32,000 nt of DNA from Trichlorobacter lovleyi SZ (lineage in GTDB: Bacteria > Desulfobacterota > Desulfuromonadia > Geobacterales > Pseudopelobacteraceae): positions 45,114-77,113 of the forward strand of contig NC_010815.1 in NCBI RefSeq assembly GCF_000020385.1, read 5' to 3'. Position 1 is the stretch's first letter. Every line of letters starts with the position of its first letter. The position numbers and the translations under genes are program-made. The notes below the pieces were generated by a model. The model did no database searches. It saw nothing but the letters and a program-made list of their open reading frames with translations, and was not told the DNA's origin. Positions 31,954-32,000 of the stretch are shown here, one piece after another.

Positions 31954-32000
31954 ATGGGTGGCAGTGTCAATTATATGGAGACACAGGATCGGCTGTTTGA
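31954..32000 (+). CDS. 5' end of a divergently transcribed gene (possibly a second TetR-like regulator); truncated by the window
   Basis: ATG 31954 has AGAGGAAA upstream and the frame is open to the window end (MGGSVNYMETQDRLF...). The call rests on position only, by analogy with the 12330-12458 arrangement. Confidence 0.25.
   Translation, partial: MGGSVNYMETQDRLF

Noticed and set aside
1-32000. Search for rRNA, tRNA, CRISPR arrays, retron/reverse transcriptase genes and large tandem repeats
   Set aside because: I saw no GGTTCGAATCC-type T-arm motifs with cloverleaf context, no regularly spaced direct repeats, no rRNA-like segments and no RT motifs while reading both strands. This was a visual scan only; tRNAscan-SE, Infernal and CRISPR finders would be decisive.

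Overview
This is a 32-kb bacterial chromosomal segment. The gene content suggests an anaerobe: 2-oxoacid:ferredoxin oxidoreductase, three iron-sulfur-flavoprotein (Isf) paralogues and an MTH865-like protein. That taxonomic flavour is inference only. Bases 1-10456 are a mosaic accessory/mobile region. It holds a partial hipA, a complete hipB-hipA followed by a WGR-domain gene, an AT-rich orphan three-gene operon (2604-4039, minus strand), two convergent tyrosine recombinases, and an apparently intact Tn3-family transposase. The transposase 3' end carries a Tn3-type terminal inverted repeat. Next to it is a serine resolvase with no start codon, which abuts a 3'-truncated Isf gene at about 10456. 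The remainder encodes redox/stress and central-metabolism genes: a TetR-controlled DoxX/AhpD-like/Isf operon, MTH865-like, Isf, tautomerase, a LysR-linked SDR/DsbA-like/PnuC-like operon, cobO, korAB, MetE-like, NrtS-like, rsgA, Isf, an FNR-like regulator and a HAD hydrolase. Three intact insertion sequences with clean target-site duplications (TSDs) interrupt it: an IS481-family element (15408-16483, TSD GTTAGA), an IS21-family element (18548-22434, TSD TTGCT) inserted in the LysR/SDR divergent control region, and an IS3-family element (18673-19931, TSD TTA) nested inside the IS21. Two repeated regulatory patterns stand out. One is an ~80-bp promoter/operator block present twice (12321-12400 and 31811-31890). 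The other is a TGTAG-N6-(C/T)TACA palindrome at four intergenic sites. I saw no rRNA, tRNA or CRISPR. The best candidate for an undescribed system is the orphan operon at 2604-4039 inside the mobile mosaic. All start-codon refinements, repeats and TSDs were derived by hand from the sequence; no database search was possible.
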